A stretch of DNA of 64,000 nt from Balanoglossus misakiensis (lineage: Eukaryota > Animalia > Hemichordata). Under the pieces are notes generated by a model. It was not told the origin of the DNA. It searched no databases and saw only the letters and a program-made list of their open reading frames with translations. Positions 13,251 through 29,477 of this stretch are shown in pieces (within the stretch, counting starts at the first letter, position 1; each line of letters starts with the position of its first letter). The position numbers and the translations under genes are program-made. The stretch covers positions 6,721,846-6,785,845 of the forward strand of contig CM082577.2 of the NCBI GenBank assembly GCA_040954595.2. The letters run 5' to 3'.

Positions 13251-14282
13251 GAACCGCTGGAGTACAAAATCGTGCAGGGACAGTCTACACTCGATGGGGG
13301 CGTAGCGTTTGTCCAGGCTCTGCAGAACTAGTTTATGATGGTAAGGTTACGTTCATAAATACATAGCATTGGGGGATTGGTTGAAACAATTAAGATTTAC
13401 ACGTGATATATGAGGATACGTTATTGATTTAGACTCTCTCACATCAGAGCTTGGAACAAGTCTCGGTTACCCAGACCCCTCTGCTTCTAAGAGTGGTCTG
13501 GGTAACCGAGACTATTATATTTCTACTTGAGTGCAGCGGAAGAAGCAGAGGGGGCTGGGTAACCGAGACTGGGAACCAGACTAGTACCCAAGCCTGGTCT
13601 CCATACCCAGTGTGTTTTAGATAGACCTTGTGTGTGAGTCTATCTAAAACACACTGGGTATGGAGACCAGGCTATAGTTTACCCAAACTTCTCTGGTCCT
13701 TCCTCTGCGCTAACCAGACCGGAGAATCAGACTAGCTTTTCACATGTAAACAACTTTCATTATACACTTACTGTTTCAATAGGGTTTGCAGGAGGCAGTT
13801 ATTACAACCAAGACGGCAATGGATTCAACTACCTATGTTTACCAAGAGTACCCATATACGACGAGCCCGTCGTCGGTGTACAGACAGGACGGTCATACTT
13901 GTATGCCACAGAATATTACTTTACAGCAGGTCCGCTCTCCGCCCTGCATCCCAACGATGTCCCCTGTGCAGTTTGTCTCGTCAGATCTCGCAACATCGAA
14001 CTCATGATTCCTGCCGAGAAAAACTGCCCTTCTTCAGAGTGGACTAGAGAATATTTTGGTTTTATTGTCAGTGACCGGAGTTATTCAACCTCGACAGCAG
14101 TACGAGATCAGGCTGACTATATTTGTCTCGACAGAGAGCCGGAGGCTTTGCCGGGCACTGCAGCAAACACACGTGGAGCCCTGGTTTACCACACGGCAGT
14201 CAAATGTCTTAGTGGAGGGGGAATTCCGTGCGGTCCGTATGTTGACGAGAAAGACTTGTCGTGTGTTGTATGTACCATGTAG
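11775..14282 (+). CDS. Secreted protein: signal peptide + coiled coil + spacer + short-chain collagen C4/NC1-like domain (gene B, paralog of A)
   Basis: Exons 11775-11966 (MKTMYAGISYVSLCCTMFSLAVNA..VATRLQDIQKLALEQGRTLASLK), 12406-12577, 12823-12897, 13251-13340 (GTVYTRWGRSVCPGSAELVYDG) and 13783-14282 (..NYLCLP..NDVPCAVC..CP..WTREYFGF..YICLD..IPCGPY..DLSCVVCTM*). Five exons with the same phases as gene A. Confidence 0.88.
12904..13248. repeat. (CT)n-rich microsatellite tracts in gene B intron 3
   Basis: Imperfect CT repeat 12904-13011. Poly-C plus (CT)n 13209-13248 forms the acceptor tract. Confidence 0.85.
13459..13673. repeat. Cluster of palindromic MITE-like elements
   Basis: agtctcggttacccagacc..ggtctgggtaaccgagact (13459-13513), a second right arm at 13542-13570, and a perfect 36-bp inverted repeat 13591-13626/13638-13673. 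Confidence 0.85.
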
Positions 14283-14699
14283 GCGTCGAAAAGGGACAAA
14301 ATATTCTGAGAATGTCTATGATCATAAGGTATCAAATACAGAGTAGACCCTTCAGAAGCTTTGGAAACTTCAGAGTTCAGAACTCAAACTGGTTACATGT
14401 TATCTTTAATGTCGTAACTGAAAATAATAATAGAAATAGAACATTCAAAAGTTTCAATATTTTAAAAATGCTCTCATTTGAGAAATGTGATCATAAAATG
14501 CATGCATGAAATCTGGACATCACACCTGGTGTCACCATGTGTTTGTTAGGCTGCTATATGTAAATTTGTCAGTTTTGCAAATGTATCACTCTTGTATTTC
14601 AAGTTAGTAGTGCAAGTGTCTTTATAGCGACTGAAATAAATGTGTAGATTATTCGGTAGAAGACTCTACTTGTTTGCAATTGTAATCTTTGAACATCAA

Positions 14700-14825
14700 C
14701 ATTCATATCAATCTGATTAAAATCAGATGTAGGAAACGACGATGTCTTTTACTTATTACGCGGTACGGGTTTTCAAAAGACGTCGCCGTTCCTTACATCA
14801 GATTTTAATCAGATTGCATTCATAT
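14700..14825. mobile_element. 108-bp MITE with ~42-bp TIRs and a 9-bp target-site duplication
   Basis: Element 14709-14816 (caatctgattaaaatc...gattttaatcagattg), flanked by the direct repeat cattcatat at 14700-14708 and 14817-14825. Confidence 0.85.
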
Positions 14826-15097
14826 AGGACACTTTGGTACCTGAATATCCATGTTTGGCAGTGCTGTAGACTTAAACAAAATCACTGCAGCGATGAAATA
14901 ACTTCAAATTAAAGCTCTGTTAAAATATAACTTAGTTTATATGAATGTGATCCAGATTTACCTATTTTGTCATATTTTAACATTGTCAACAGAGGGCGCC
15001 AGGATGCGGAATGGGGTACATGCAAATTTTTGAGGTCCCATCCGCTTGGTGGCGCAATATTCACTGACACCGTGACCTTTGACCCATACTGTACAAA

Positions 15098-17942
15098 ATG
15101 GATGAAGGGCACATGGTACGGACGAGATCATCGAGAAGTGGAAACAGAATTGACGCCACATCAGAGACTTCATTTGTTATTCGTAACCACTTGACAAGTG
15201 CTGGTACGTATCTAGTATGACATTTTCTGCTAATGAGTTCGGATGTACATCGTTTACGATAATTCTACTCTTCCAAACATTTCCAAAGTTGCCCGTTGCC
15301 CAACTTGCCCCGTTGGGAGTGTTGGTTTGTGGGATAGCTCTGTTGTGGCAGGGCAGTGTATCGTAGCTTACGGCGATGTGAGGCATCGCAGAGCTAGTTT
15401 GTGGGACAGTGGTCAGACGGCAAACCCAGAGCTACAGAGCCAACCTACAGTAGCACTACATTTTCTGTGTATCTATTAGTATTAACCTTCCATAATTTTC
15501 TATCCAAAGTAGGATAATTTTCTTACCGATTGCCTTCCGACCCATGTATTTCACCTAAAGCTGTTTTTAAAATCGTGTTGAAAATTTGTGAACTGCAAGA
15601 AGAGAAGTGGAAATTTTTAAATCCTTGTGGGGAGAAGTGTAAACATAAAATGTGCAGTGGCCTGGGCAGCTACAGCCTACACTAAAACTACACTGTAATA
15701 AACTAACATGCATATTCAGTGTGGTAGATGTAATTAATTTTTAAATGCTGATGCCTTGTTATTCCAGAATGTTCTGAAGTGTACAAAGCGTGCAGAAATA
15801 CAAATAAGTTTGATGAACTCAGCAGTCTGTTGGAGGCATCACATGGACAAATAAAGCATCGATTTGAAGATGGTGTGGAATCTGCTGATGGTAAGTAAAC
15901 TTACAGTCTTACAAATCTTGCATATCACTCACATGATACTAGTATCTTACCTGCCATAAACTCATTTCTTTTATTCCTATCTGGATTTATGAGAGTAGTA
16001 TTCATATTTATAACAACCTTGAGAACTTTCAAACATAGAAAATCTGTAAATTACTTTTTTTCCTTTGATTCAATTTTCTTAATGCATCCAGTTATTTGTT
16101 TTCATGCATCCAACAGATGTGTCACTGATTATCCACACCTTGGCACACCATGGCCATGTTGAGGTTGTGATGAGCCCCTTGGATGATGTCAGCAGGGGAG
16201 AACTTGGGAGCTCAGAGGTGCTGCAATATGGTGGCAAAAATGGAGAGGGCTCAAAACAGCCAGAACTCAAAGAGTGTTCTCCTGCAACCAGTGAGCGTAC
16301 CAATGTGAAACAGCGCACAAGGATCACTTCAAATGAAAGACAGCACGTGTGCAGTGAATGTGGACAAACTTTCACCCTGAGAAGGAATCTGAAAAGGCAC
16401 ATGGTGAGGAGTCATTCAAATGAAAGACCTTTTGTATGCAGTGAATGTGGGAAAGCATTTACCCGGAAAGGCACTCTGAAGGAACACATGAGGATCCATA
16501 CAAAAGAAAGACCATTTGCTTGCAGTGAATGTGAAAAAACGTTTACTCAAAGTGGCCATCTGAAGCGACATATGGGGATCCATTCAAATGAAAGACCCTT
16601 TGCATGCAGTGAATGTGGAATTTTTTTTACCCTGAGTTGGAATCTGAAAAGGCACATGGTGAGGAGTCATTCAAATAAAAGACCGCATGTATGCGGCGAA
16701 TGTGGTAAAACTTTTACATATGATAGTAACCTGAAGCAACATATGGGGATCCATTCAAATGAAAGACCTTTTGTATGCAGTGAATGTGGAAAAACGCATA
16801 CACGGAGTGCTTCCCTGAATGAACACATGAGGCTCCATTCAAATGAAAGACTCTATGCGTGCAATGAATGTGGTAAAACTTTCACAACCAATAGTACCCT
16901 GAAGCAACATTTGAGGATCCATTCAAATGAAAGACCTTTTGCATGCAGTGAATGTGGTAAAACTTTTAAACAGAGTGGACATCTGAAGGTACACATGATG
17001 ACCCATTCTAAGGAAAGACCCTTTGCGTGCAGTGAATGTGGAAAAACATTTACACTGAGTGGATATCTGAAGGTACACATGATGACCCATTCTAATGAAA
17101 GACCTTTTGCGTGCAGTGAATGTGGTAAAACTTTTATACAGAGTGGAAATCTGAAGGTACACATGATGGCCCATTCTAATGAAAGACCTTTTGGATGCAG
17201 TGAATGTGGAAAGAGATTTACTCAGAGTACTGCCCTGAAGGAACACATGAGGATCCATTCAAATGAAAGACCATATACATGCAATGAATGTGGAAAAACA
17301 TTTATTTGGAAGAGCTATCTGAATGTTCACATGAGGATACATTCAAATGAAAGACCCTTTGCATGTAGTGAATGTGGGAAGACGTTTACTGTGAGTAGCA
17401 GTCTGAGAGTGCACATGAGGATTCACACAAAGGAAAGGCCTTTTGAATGCAGTGAATGTGGGAAAACTTTTCAACTGAATCGAAGCCTGAGGGACCATAT
17501 GAAAACAGAACATTCAGAAGAGAGGCCATTTGCTTGCAGGATATGTGGAAAAACATTTCCACTGAGTCACAAACTGAGGCTACACAAGAAGATCCATTCT
17601 AATGAAAGACCTTTTGCATGTAGTGAATGTGGTGAAACTTTCAAATCAAGACATCATCTAAAGAAACACACGATGACCAACTCGAAAGAAAAACTGTATA
17701 CATGCAGTGAATGTGGAAAAACATTTAATCATAGAAACAACCTGAAGGTACACCTGAGGATACATTCAAAAGAAAAGCCTTTTGCATGCAATGAATGTGG
17801 TCAAGCTTTTACACACAGTAGTGCTGTGAAGGTACATATGAGGATCCATTCAAATGAAAGACCTTTTGCATGCAGTGAATGTGGGAAAGCATATACACGG
17901 AATAATCACCTAAAGAAACACATGAGGAGCCATTCAAAATGA
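15098..17942 (+). CDS. Tandem C2H2 zinc-finger protein (19 fingers; finger 16 lacks its last His)
   Basis: Inferred exons 15098-15203 and 15768-15890 (both open, phase 1) splice in frame to 16117-17942, which carries 19 CxxC-x12-H-x3/4-H units with SNERPF-type linkers. The array is certain; the 5' exons are inferred. Confidence 0.9.
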
Positions 17943-18747
17943 AAGGCTGAATGCATGCAATGAATAATGTAAAACTTATACACACCATTGTTCCATGAAC
18001 GGCTGTATGACGATCCATTTAAATGAAAGACAAGAAAATGGAAAGTGGTGGTGAAGCTGATTTAGAATGAAACCGTTGTATTTGATGAATTTTACTTTGC
18101 TCCTAAATATTTATTTCATGTCCAGTACTGTTCATGAGTGTGAGGTTCCTGTAAGATTTCATTTTAATACGTTTTGTTATTGCACTGACAGTTGAAATAA
18201 AATGATTTTAAATGTTCAAGGTGATCAGCCGCGTGCTTTTTGAAAGAAAATTTCACTTGGCCGCCACTAAGAACTGATCAGTTGTATTTGTAAGTTTGAC
18301 AACATGGCCATATTAATAACTGCACCCAAATTGGTAGAACATGCTCACCAGAATTTATCATTTATAGTCACTGTGCACGTGATTTTCACAGTTGTGCAAA
18401 TCAGTCTGGAGAGGCTGTGTGCAAACATATACAAAAGAGAAACCAAATTTTGCAGTCTGAAATTCCAAGGAGAAAATAATATGCCAACCTCATTTTTCAT
18501 ACATGATTATATCTTTTTGTGGTAGAAATATACATCACAAATATATTTTGACGATAAAAAGACAAATTTTATAATTTTCGACATGGCTAACATTTTTTTT
18601 GACAGGAGAGAGTTTGATCATGTTTATTCATGTTTTATCAGAGTAATTTTTATACTTGTACAACAGATTGAGATCTAGCCATTCACAGATTTTCAGTCGA
18701 TGGCACACGGGAATAAAAGAGCGCCACCTGCACCATATGTTCATTAA

Positions 18748-18804
18748 TAGTCTCGGTTACCCCAGACCCCTTCTTCTGGATAAGTTGTCTAGGTAACCGA
18801 GACT
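18748..18804. repeat. Palindromic element, same family as 13459-13513
   Basis: tagtctcggttaccccagacc...gtctaggtaaccgagact. Confidence 0.75.
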
Positions 18805-19416
18805 TTGCCCCCCTGAAAACGTCACTGTAGGCCAGTCGCCAGGGTCAACTTGAGAGGGCGCTGTGTCCAGACTACGCATGCTCAGTATCATGATGACACC
18901 TCGACGGTTTGTGAAGCAACTTCGGCAGGTCTTCTAAAAGGTGATCCATATTGCACAACAAAAACATCGAAAGATCTACTCTCTCTCTAAGAAGCTGCAG
19001 TTTCAATGCATTGCGTCAGTTGTTTGATATATACAGACTCCAGGGGACTAGTGTTTACCACATCAGAAATGCAAGTGCGATTACGGGCAGGTACATTTGT
19101 GTCTTCGTCGAGACTCAGATTACGAACATTATCAACATTCTAATATGTATGCTTAGAAAACAGCTGATTCAATGCACGAAGGATACACATCTGGCACCGG
19201 CTGCACCACTCTGGATATTTTATAGCAGGGGAATTTGACATACGTATTTGTAATTTGGAATATTTCGTGGTAATTTGATTTTTGCAAGTTGATCACTACC
19301 ACACTAAACTGCGTTGTTTGCAAACGAACTGAGTTGTTCGTCGCATTCAGGTAGTAAGACCGGACCCTCGGAGGTTAATACTAGGTTGGAACTAACGGAA
19401 CCGAAAACAGAACACA

Positions 19417-24395
<4,979 letters not shown>

Positions 24396-24442
24396 TATTA
24401 GCGTTGCTCATGACATACAGATTTGTTTTCCTCATTTTCAAA

Positions 24443-24840
24443 AAAGCAGGTGGTCTCGGTGGCTAACAGACAGCAAGGCTTCAATTTGCTGTCTCACAAA
24501 AGCTAAAAAAATGAAACTTAAACTTAAAACAGATCTGTAAGTCTTGCAGTGTGGCGCCTTAAGTTGTACAGCACTAGAAATTCAGAGCTTATGACTGACT
24601 ACACAAACGTGGGCAGTATATCTGAAACAAAGAATACTTGAACAATGGTAAAACTTACTCCAACAATTTTTGTGTACATTCAGATGCGATTTCCATTCAC
24701 TAACCTTGTGAATCCTAGTAAGGTCCAAGTCATTAAGCTGCACTTTGTCAGGCAATCTCTCCTGCAAAGTATTATTCAATATTTCACAAAGTTTGCATAG
24801 TCTTTCATACGGAGAAAACTAAACTTTTGAACTTTTAAAA
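24443..24840. repeat. Probable interspersed repeat in the GTPBP1 3' UTR
   Basis: Resembles an abundant hemichordate-type non-autonomous repeat from memory only. Single copy in this window; needs a repeat-library search. Confidence 0.3.
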
Positions 24841-25156
24841 GTTATTTGGAATTTCACCATCAAAAACGGGCATGAACCAAAATCTTGCTTGCGAGGTTGA
24901 ACTCAGAATTATCACATTTTAAGACATTTTTACAAAATTATATTGCCCTGTCGTGTATTTTTCCAAATGTTCAGGTGCCGTGTTTAATTAATTCATGACA
25001 TTGTGTGGTTTTGGACGCGGTCAGCCACCCCTGCGCTTCTTGTTATATCCCAGCAAAACTTCAGTGTTTTGCACTTGTTGGACAGATCCATTTCACAAAG
25101 TAGGGGTGCCTGGGTGGGGATGATTAATGTGTGCTCAGTGATAATGGGTTGAGATC

Positions 25157-25248
25157 TTAACCTTTCACCCCCAGTTCCCTCTTACGATGTCCAACCTTAC
25201 CATAGAAAACACTTGGTTCAGATTGAACCATGGTGGTGAAAGGGTTAA
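25157..25248 (-). mobile_element. TTAA-flanked MITE copy in the GTPBP1 3' UTR
   Basis: Reverse complement of the 6203-6296 family (ttaacctttcacccccagttccctc..ggtgaaagggttaa). Confidence 0.75.
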
Positions 25249-26442
25249 ACCAATCCTTTCTTGATTCATTGTGACTGATTAGCCAAAAATTGAAACTAAA
25301 TTATAGATCTTATCTTTTTGTGAACGGGATAACTTTCTATTTAATTTTATATTTTGGAGTTACAAATCTAACTGTGGTGTTTAGATCCTATAGTGTAGTT
25401 GAGAATTCAACAGTAACTGAAAGCTTTAGAAGTGCAGCTATGTATATCTACAAGTGAAAAGTGTTGGCAAGCATTTTGCCTATAAAAGTCAGACTCTTGA
25501 CACCAGCATCTACACAGAATGGGAATAACCGGAGGCTTCAATAATGTTGTGCAGCTGGTAGTTGGCTTGTATCAAACTGCAGAATTTCTCTTCAATTCCA
25601 CCAATAGCACTGGGCATTCAGTTTTATTTCCTTGGTGTCTGTCCCTTCTTCATCTTGGAGTTCAAGACATTGTATCAGGGCAGTTATCCCCTGGCAATTT
25701 TCTACCTGGAGTGGACATTCCCCCACACAAGGCCTTGGGTACGGTTGTGGGGAAGTGTCCAGGGGGTAACGCTCCTAGACTCTGATTGTGTGACATGTAA
25801 TTTACATATAAATCTGCTTGTGGCCTGATGCAAGTGCCTGCTGTCACATGTCTCATCAATTTCAATGCAACAGAATTGTGTGAACATCAAAGGAGCACTT
25901 TTTATTGATCGCAAATTTTTAAAACTTCTTACAATTGAATTCTTACAAATGTAATTTTCATTTTTTTGTTTTTCGATTGCAAGTACAGTTTGAGAGTTCT
26001 TAAAATTATTTTATTCAGGTTTTAACTCGCCATCATTAGGACACAGCACAGTCTCTGAGTAAACTTTACAAGTTAAATAGACCAGTGTACTAGGAGAGAA
26101 AAATCATGGTAGTGTCAAATTTGTAATTTTGGTGTGTTTCAGTGCATGTTCTGTGAATGACTTTTCGAAAGTTTGAATCACTTTTTAATTAAAATACAGT
26201 ATACATTTGCCTGACTGACCTGTATGTGTGTTTGTTAGTTGATTTTAAAGGCAAGTTACAATTGAACATGCACATGGCAGCATTCTATCCGAAGGGAAAA
26301 ATTTCCCCGCTTTTGACATTATTTTAATATTCATTTTTGAAAGTTATGTTCTGATCACTGAAATCAATCACTAGTTGTGACAGTTGACTTGTATCCGATG
26401 TAGTAACCATGATGGGAAATAACAGCTATCACAGCAGAATTT

Positions 26443-29405
26443 TCAATGTCCTGTTTTTGATAACTTGATTAGCTTGATGGGACAAGTTTTGTCATAATAG
26501 AATATGTTCCGACTGGGTCCCTCCAAGATTTCCACAGTAATTAGCTGATTACCTGCAAGTCAAGTTGAAATGGAAAAAAATGTAATGTCTAAAAAATAGT
26601 CAGTTTGCTATGATGATCCACACATGACTTCAGTTGAGGAAGAGAATCATACGTACCAAGCTCTTTTAGGAAGAGTTGAAACGTCTCTTCTGACCTGACG
26701 GTTGATGCGACATAGGCTGTTACAGGACCATGGCCAGAGGTGTCACGTGACAAGAGGATATCCAGTACATTCACAAGGTGAGTGACAATACTTGGATCAA
26801 AGACAACATCTGGTGAGAAAATTTTGGGCAGAAAAAAAATTATTACCTGTCTCAATCTGAATGTAAACATTGTTACCCTACTCTGATTGTTCACTTGTAT
26901 CTATACAGCTGTGCAACGCAAGCACCAAATGGGGAGCAGAACTGGGCATTTTGATAGCAAAGCAGAATCCGTCAGAAATTTCAATGAAATATTTCTTTTC
27001 TACCTCATAATCCTTTCACCCCCATTTTCCTGTACATGGGTTCAACTACACCATTTGAAACAATGGGGTCGGACCAAAGCATGGAGGTGGGACCGGAGGG
27101 TTAACACGCAGGCAAGAAATTACCACAATATCCCACTGTTGTTGGTATAGTTTCACCTTACCAGCTGCAATAACAACACCTGGGCTGAGATGGTCCAGCT
27201 CTTCTCGTGTCACCTGCTCCCAGTCTAGTGTTAATACGCTCACTGTGTCTGACTTGTACAAGTATGCTGCATCTCCGCCTTCACTGTGTCTGTGATGTGA
27301 AAGCAAACTATCCGACTGACCCCTGTCTGTGTTAGTTTTGGTGGGACTGGAATTACGAGACACAGGCCTGTCGCGCAGTTGTCCTTGTTCATTGGATATT
27401 CTGCTGTCGTTAGTAGACAGGCTATTGCATGTTGATCCACCAGACGCATCGGTTCCACTTCTGTCATCGCACACTGCGGATGCGGTCAGTCCATCAGTAG
27501 CACCCTGCAACGAGCTCATCCTCATCACATCACCCTCTCCGTTTCCCTGGCAACACCGTTGACTAGAGGAGTTATTCTCTCCATCAACTTGATATTGTCC
27601 CTGGCTGGAGTCTTGAGATATTGCTTCCCTGCTTTGTTCAGTGTTATCGAGTGTCACAGTGTGATCTTCACATTCCTGCCCGAGATTGTTCTGCACATTG
27701 TCCAGAAGCGACTTCATGACATGTCTGTGAAAGTCTGAGAAACAGAAGTGCTTGGGCTGACAAAGTTTGCACAGGGCCAGACCTAGGAGACCGCATCCAC
27801 TTCCAAGCTCCAATACCCTTCTGTGAAGGAATAAGAATGTACATTAGAAATTCTGGTCCTAGGATATCATAGATCAAATTGTGTCACAAAGATTTAAAAC
27901 TAGTGCTATCTGAACGGGACCACATTAGCAGCAAATGAGAAGTTAAAGGGGGTAAAAATGAAAACAGCATTCAACCATTTTTCTCAAAATCTAAATCTGA
28001 AATTTAACAAATTGAAATGTTAATGCTTCTTTTCCTAGCTGTTCTAGGTACATACTTGTTTTTGAAGATGGTTGTGTTGTCAACAATCCATTCAGTCATG
28101 TAGAGTGATGCGGGCCATGTACACAGCCCTGTAGTGCCATGTGATATCAGTTGAACTGTTTCCTGGATACTCACACTGGAACCATTTGGCTGATGTACCA
28201 TGTAAGATAGAAAATCGGGTCTTGTCATGATAAACTTGACCAAAATTGCAATGCCTTCAAGATTAGAAGTTGACCCAGCAGCTCTGATCAAGAGAACTCA
28301 AAGTTTTATATATGACCCCAAAACTGTTATCAAACATTAAATCAATACAGCATTTCTCTAGGGTCTATGGATACAGCAAAATGTATATGGTATACCAGAA
28401 AGTATGTTTTAAAGCAAATATCTTCGTTCTTGTCACTGCTTATAAGATCAGCATAAACCGAATAAACATCTTCATATATTTCACTACCAGATTCTTCACA
28501 CTGAAACAAAAAAAGCAATGGTAATGTGATTCAAAGACTGTGTTCTTATTTACATACACATGTACTGTACATGTACATGGTGACATCCCTTTCATTTGAA
28601 ATGTCTGTCTGAGAGGAACAGTTTTGATCCTTGCATCAAGTTTACAAGAAATGGTAACCAGCTGACTCACCCTTTGCATCAGAGTTTTGATGAATTTCTT
28701 TTGATATGATCTTGATGGTGGAAACTGTTCATTCAATCTGCTCCTGATGGTCTACAAGACAATAATTCAAAACATCTGGTAATTCAAAAATCCATCAATA
28801 ATACAAGTTATGTGGGAATGTATGCAAACTGGCACCTGATGACTACTGACATGACACCTGGGAAACAATAGATGCAGCCGTAAAATTAGTTCTGGAAATA
28901 CAGCATATTTGCATTTTTTAAATTCATAAACGTGTATCATTGTATGTCTTGAGATATAATATCTCACCTCATCCAGTATCATCTTTTGTACCTCTGGTCC
29001 TTGTAGAGACACCTGTACAATATGGGAGTGGAGTTGGACGCAATAATTTATATTTGAGGTATAAATTTCTGAAAAAGTGTCACAAAAGCATAAATATTTC
29101 TAACATATGTGTGTATTATGTCTAATTTAGGCTCTTTAGAAGTGTGTTGTGTTATCATCATCATCATCATCATCATCATGCATCATCATCATCATCATCA
29201 TTTGTTATGAAGTTTTTATTAAAATCATAGAACCCTGTCTTTGTCATGTCTGTAGAACCACAAAAGAGACGTATCAGATTTGATGTTAACTTATAAATAA
29301 ATCTTATAAACATAATACCTCCCACTTGAAATGTCGTAGGGGTACCATGGCAAAATATTGGGAAAGGATCGGCTGCAGCCAGCTGGCTGCTATTCCCGCC
29401 GCCAT
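26443..29405 (-). CDS. EEF2KMT: Protein-lysine N-methyltransferase EEF2KMT/FAM86A
   Basis: Exons ~29405-29319 (..SQYFAMVPLRHFKWE), 29012-28968, 28751-28671 (FPPSRSYQKKFIK), 28500-28396, 28189-28056 (ISHGTTGLCTWPASLYMTEW), 27820-27162 (VLELGSGCGLLGL..FSDFH..LDW..VIAA), 26809-26657 (DVVFDP..AYVASTVRSEETF) and 26552-26443. FAM86 N-domain plus METTL21-type motifs. Confidence 0.92.
29153..29200. repeat. (CAT)n microsatellite
   Basis: Interrupted CAT repeat in EEF2KMT intron 1. Confidence 0.9.
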
Positions 29406-29477
29406 CTTTGAAATTTCACGCATGCGCCGCCAATGAAGCGGCCATATTCTATTTCAAACAAACCGGAAGAGAAAAAT
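29397..29477. promoter_or_regulatory. Compact bidirectional promoter EEF2KMT / RNPS1
   Basis: Divergent start codons ~70 bp apart. Motifs: YY1-like (gccgccatcttt, gcggccat), NRF1-like (cgcatgcgc), CCAAT and ETS (ccggaag). Confidence 0.7.

Noticed and set aside
16079-18018. Antisense ORFs over the zinc-finger array, and its 84-bp periodicity as a CRISPR-like array
   Set aside because: Shadow frames and coding repeats of C2H2 fingers in a eukaryotic gene.
28190-28291. ORF-track extension IRAAGSTSNLEGIAIL.. as an EEF2KMT exon
   Set aside because: Phase mismatch. The better-fitting exon is 28500-28396 (CEESGSEIYEDVY..KTYFL), followed by the exon starting at 28189.
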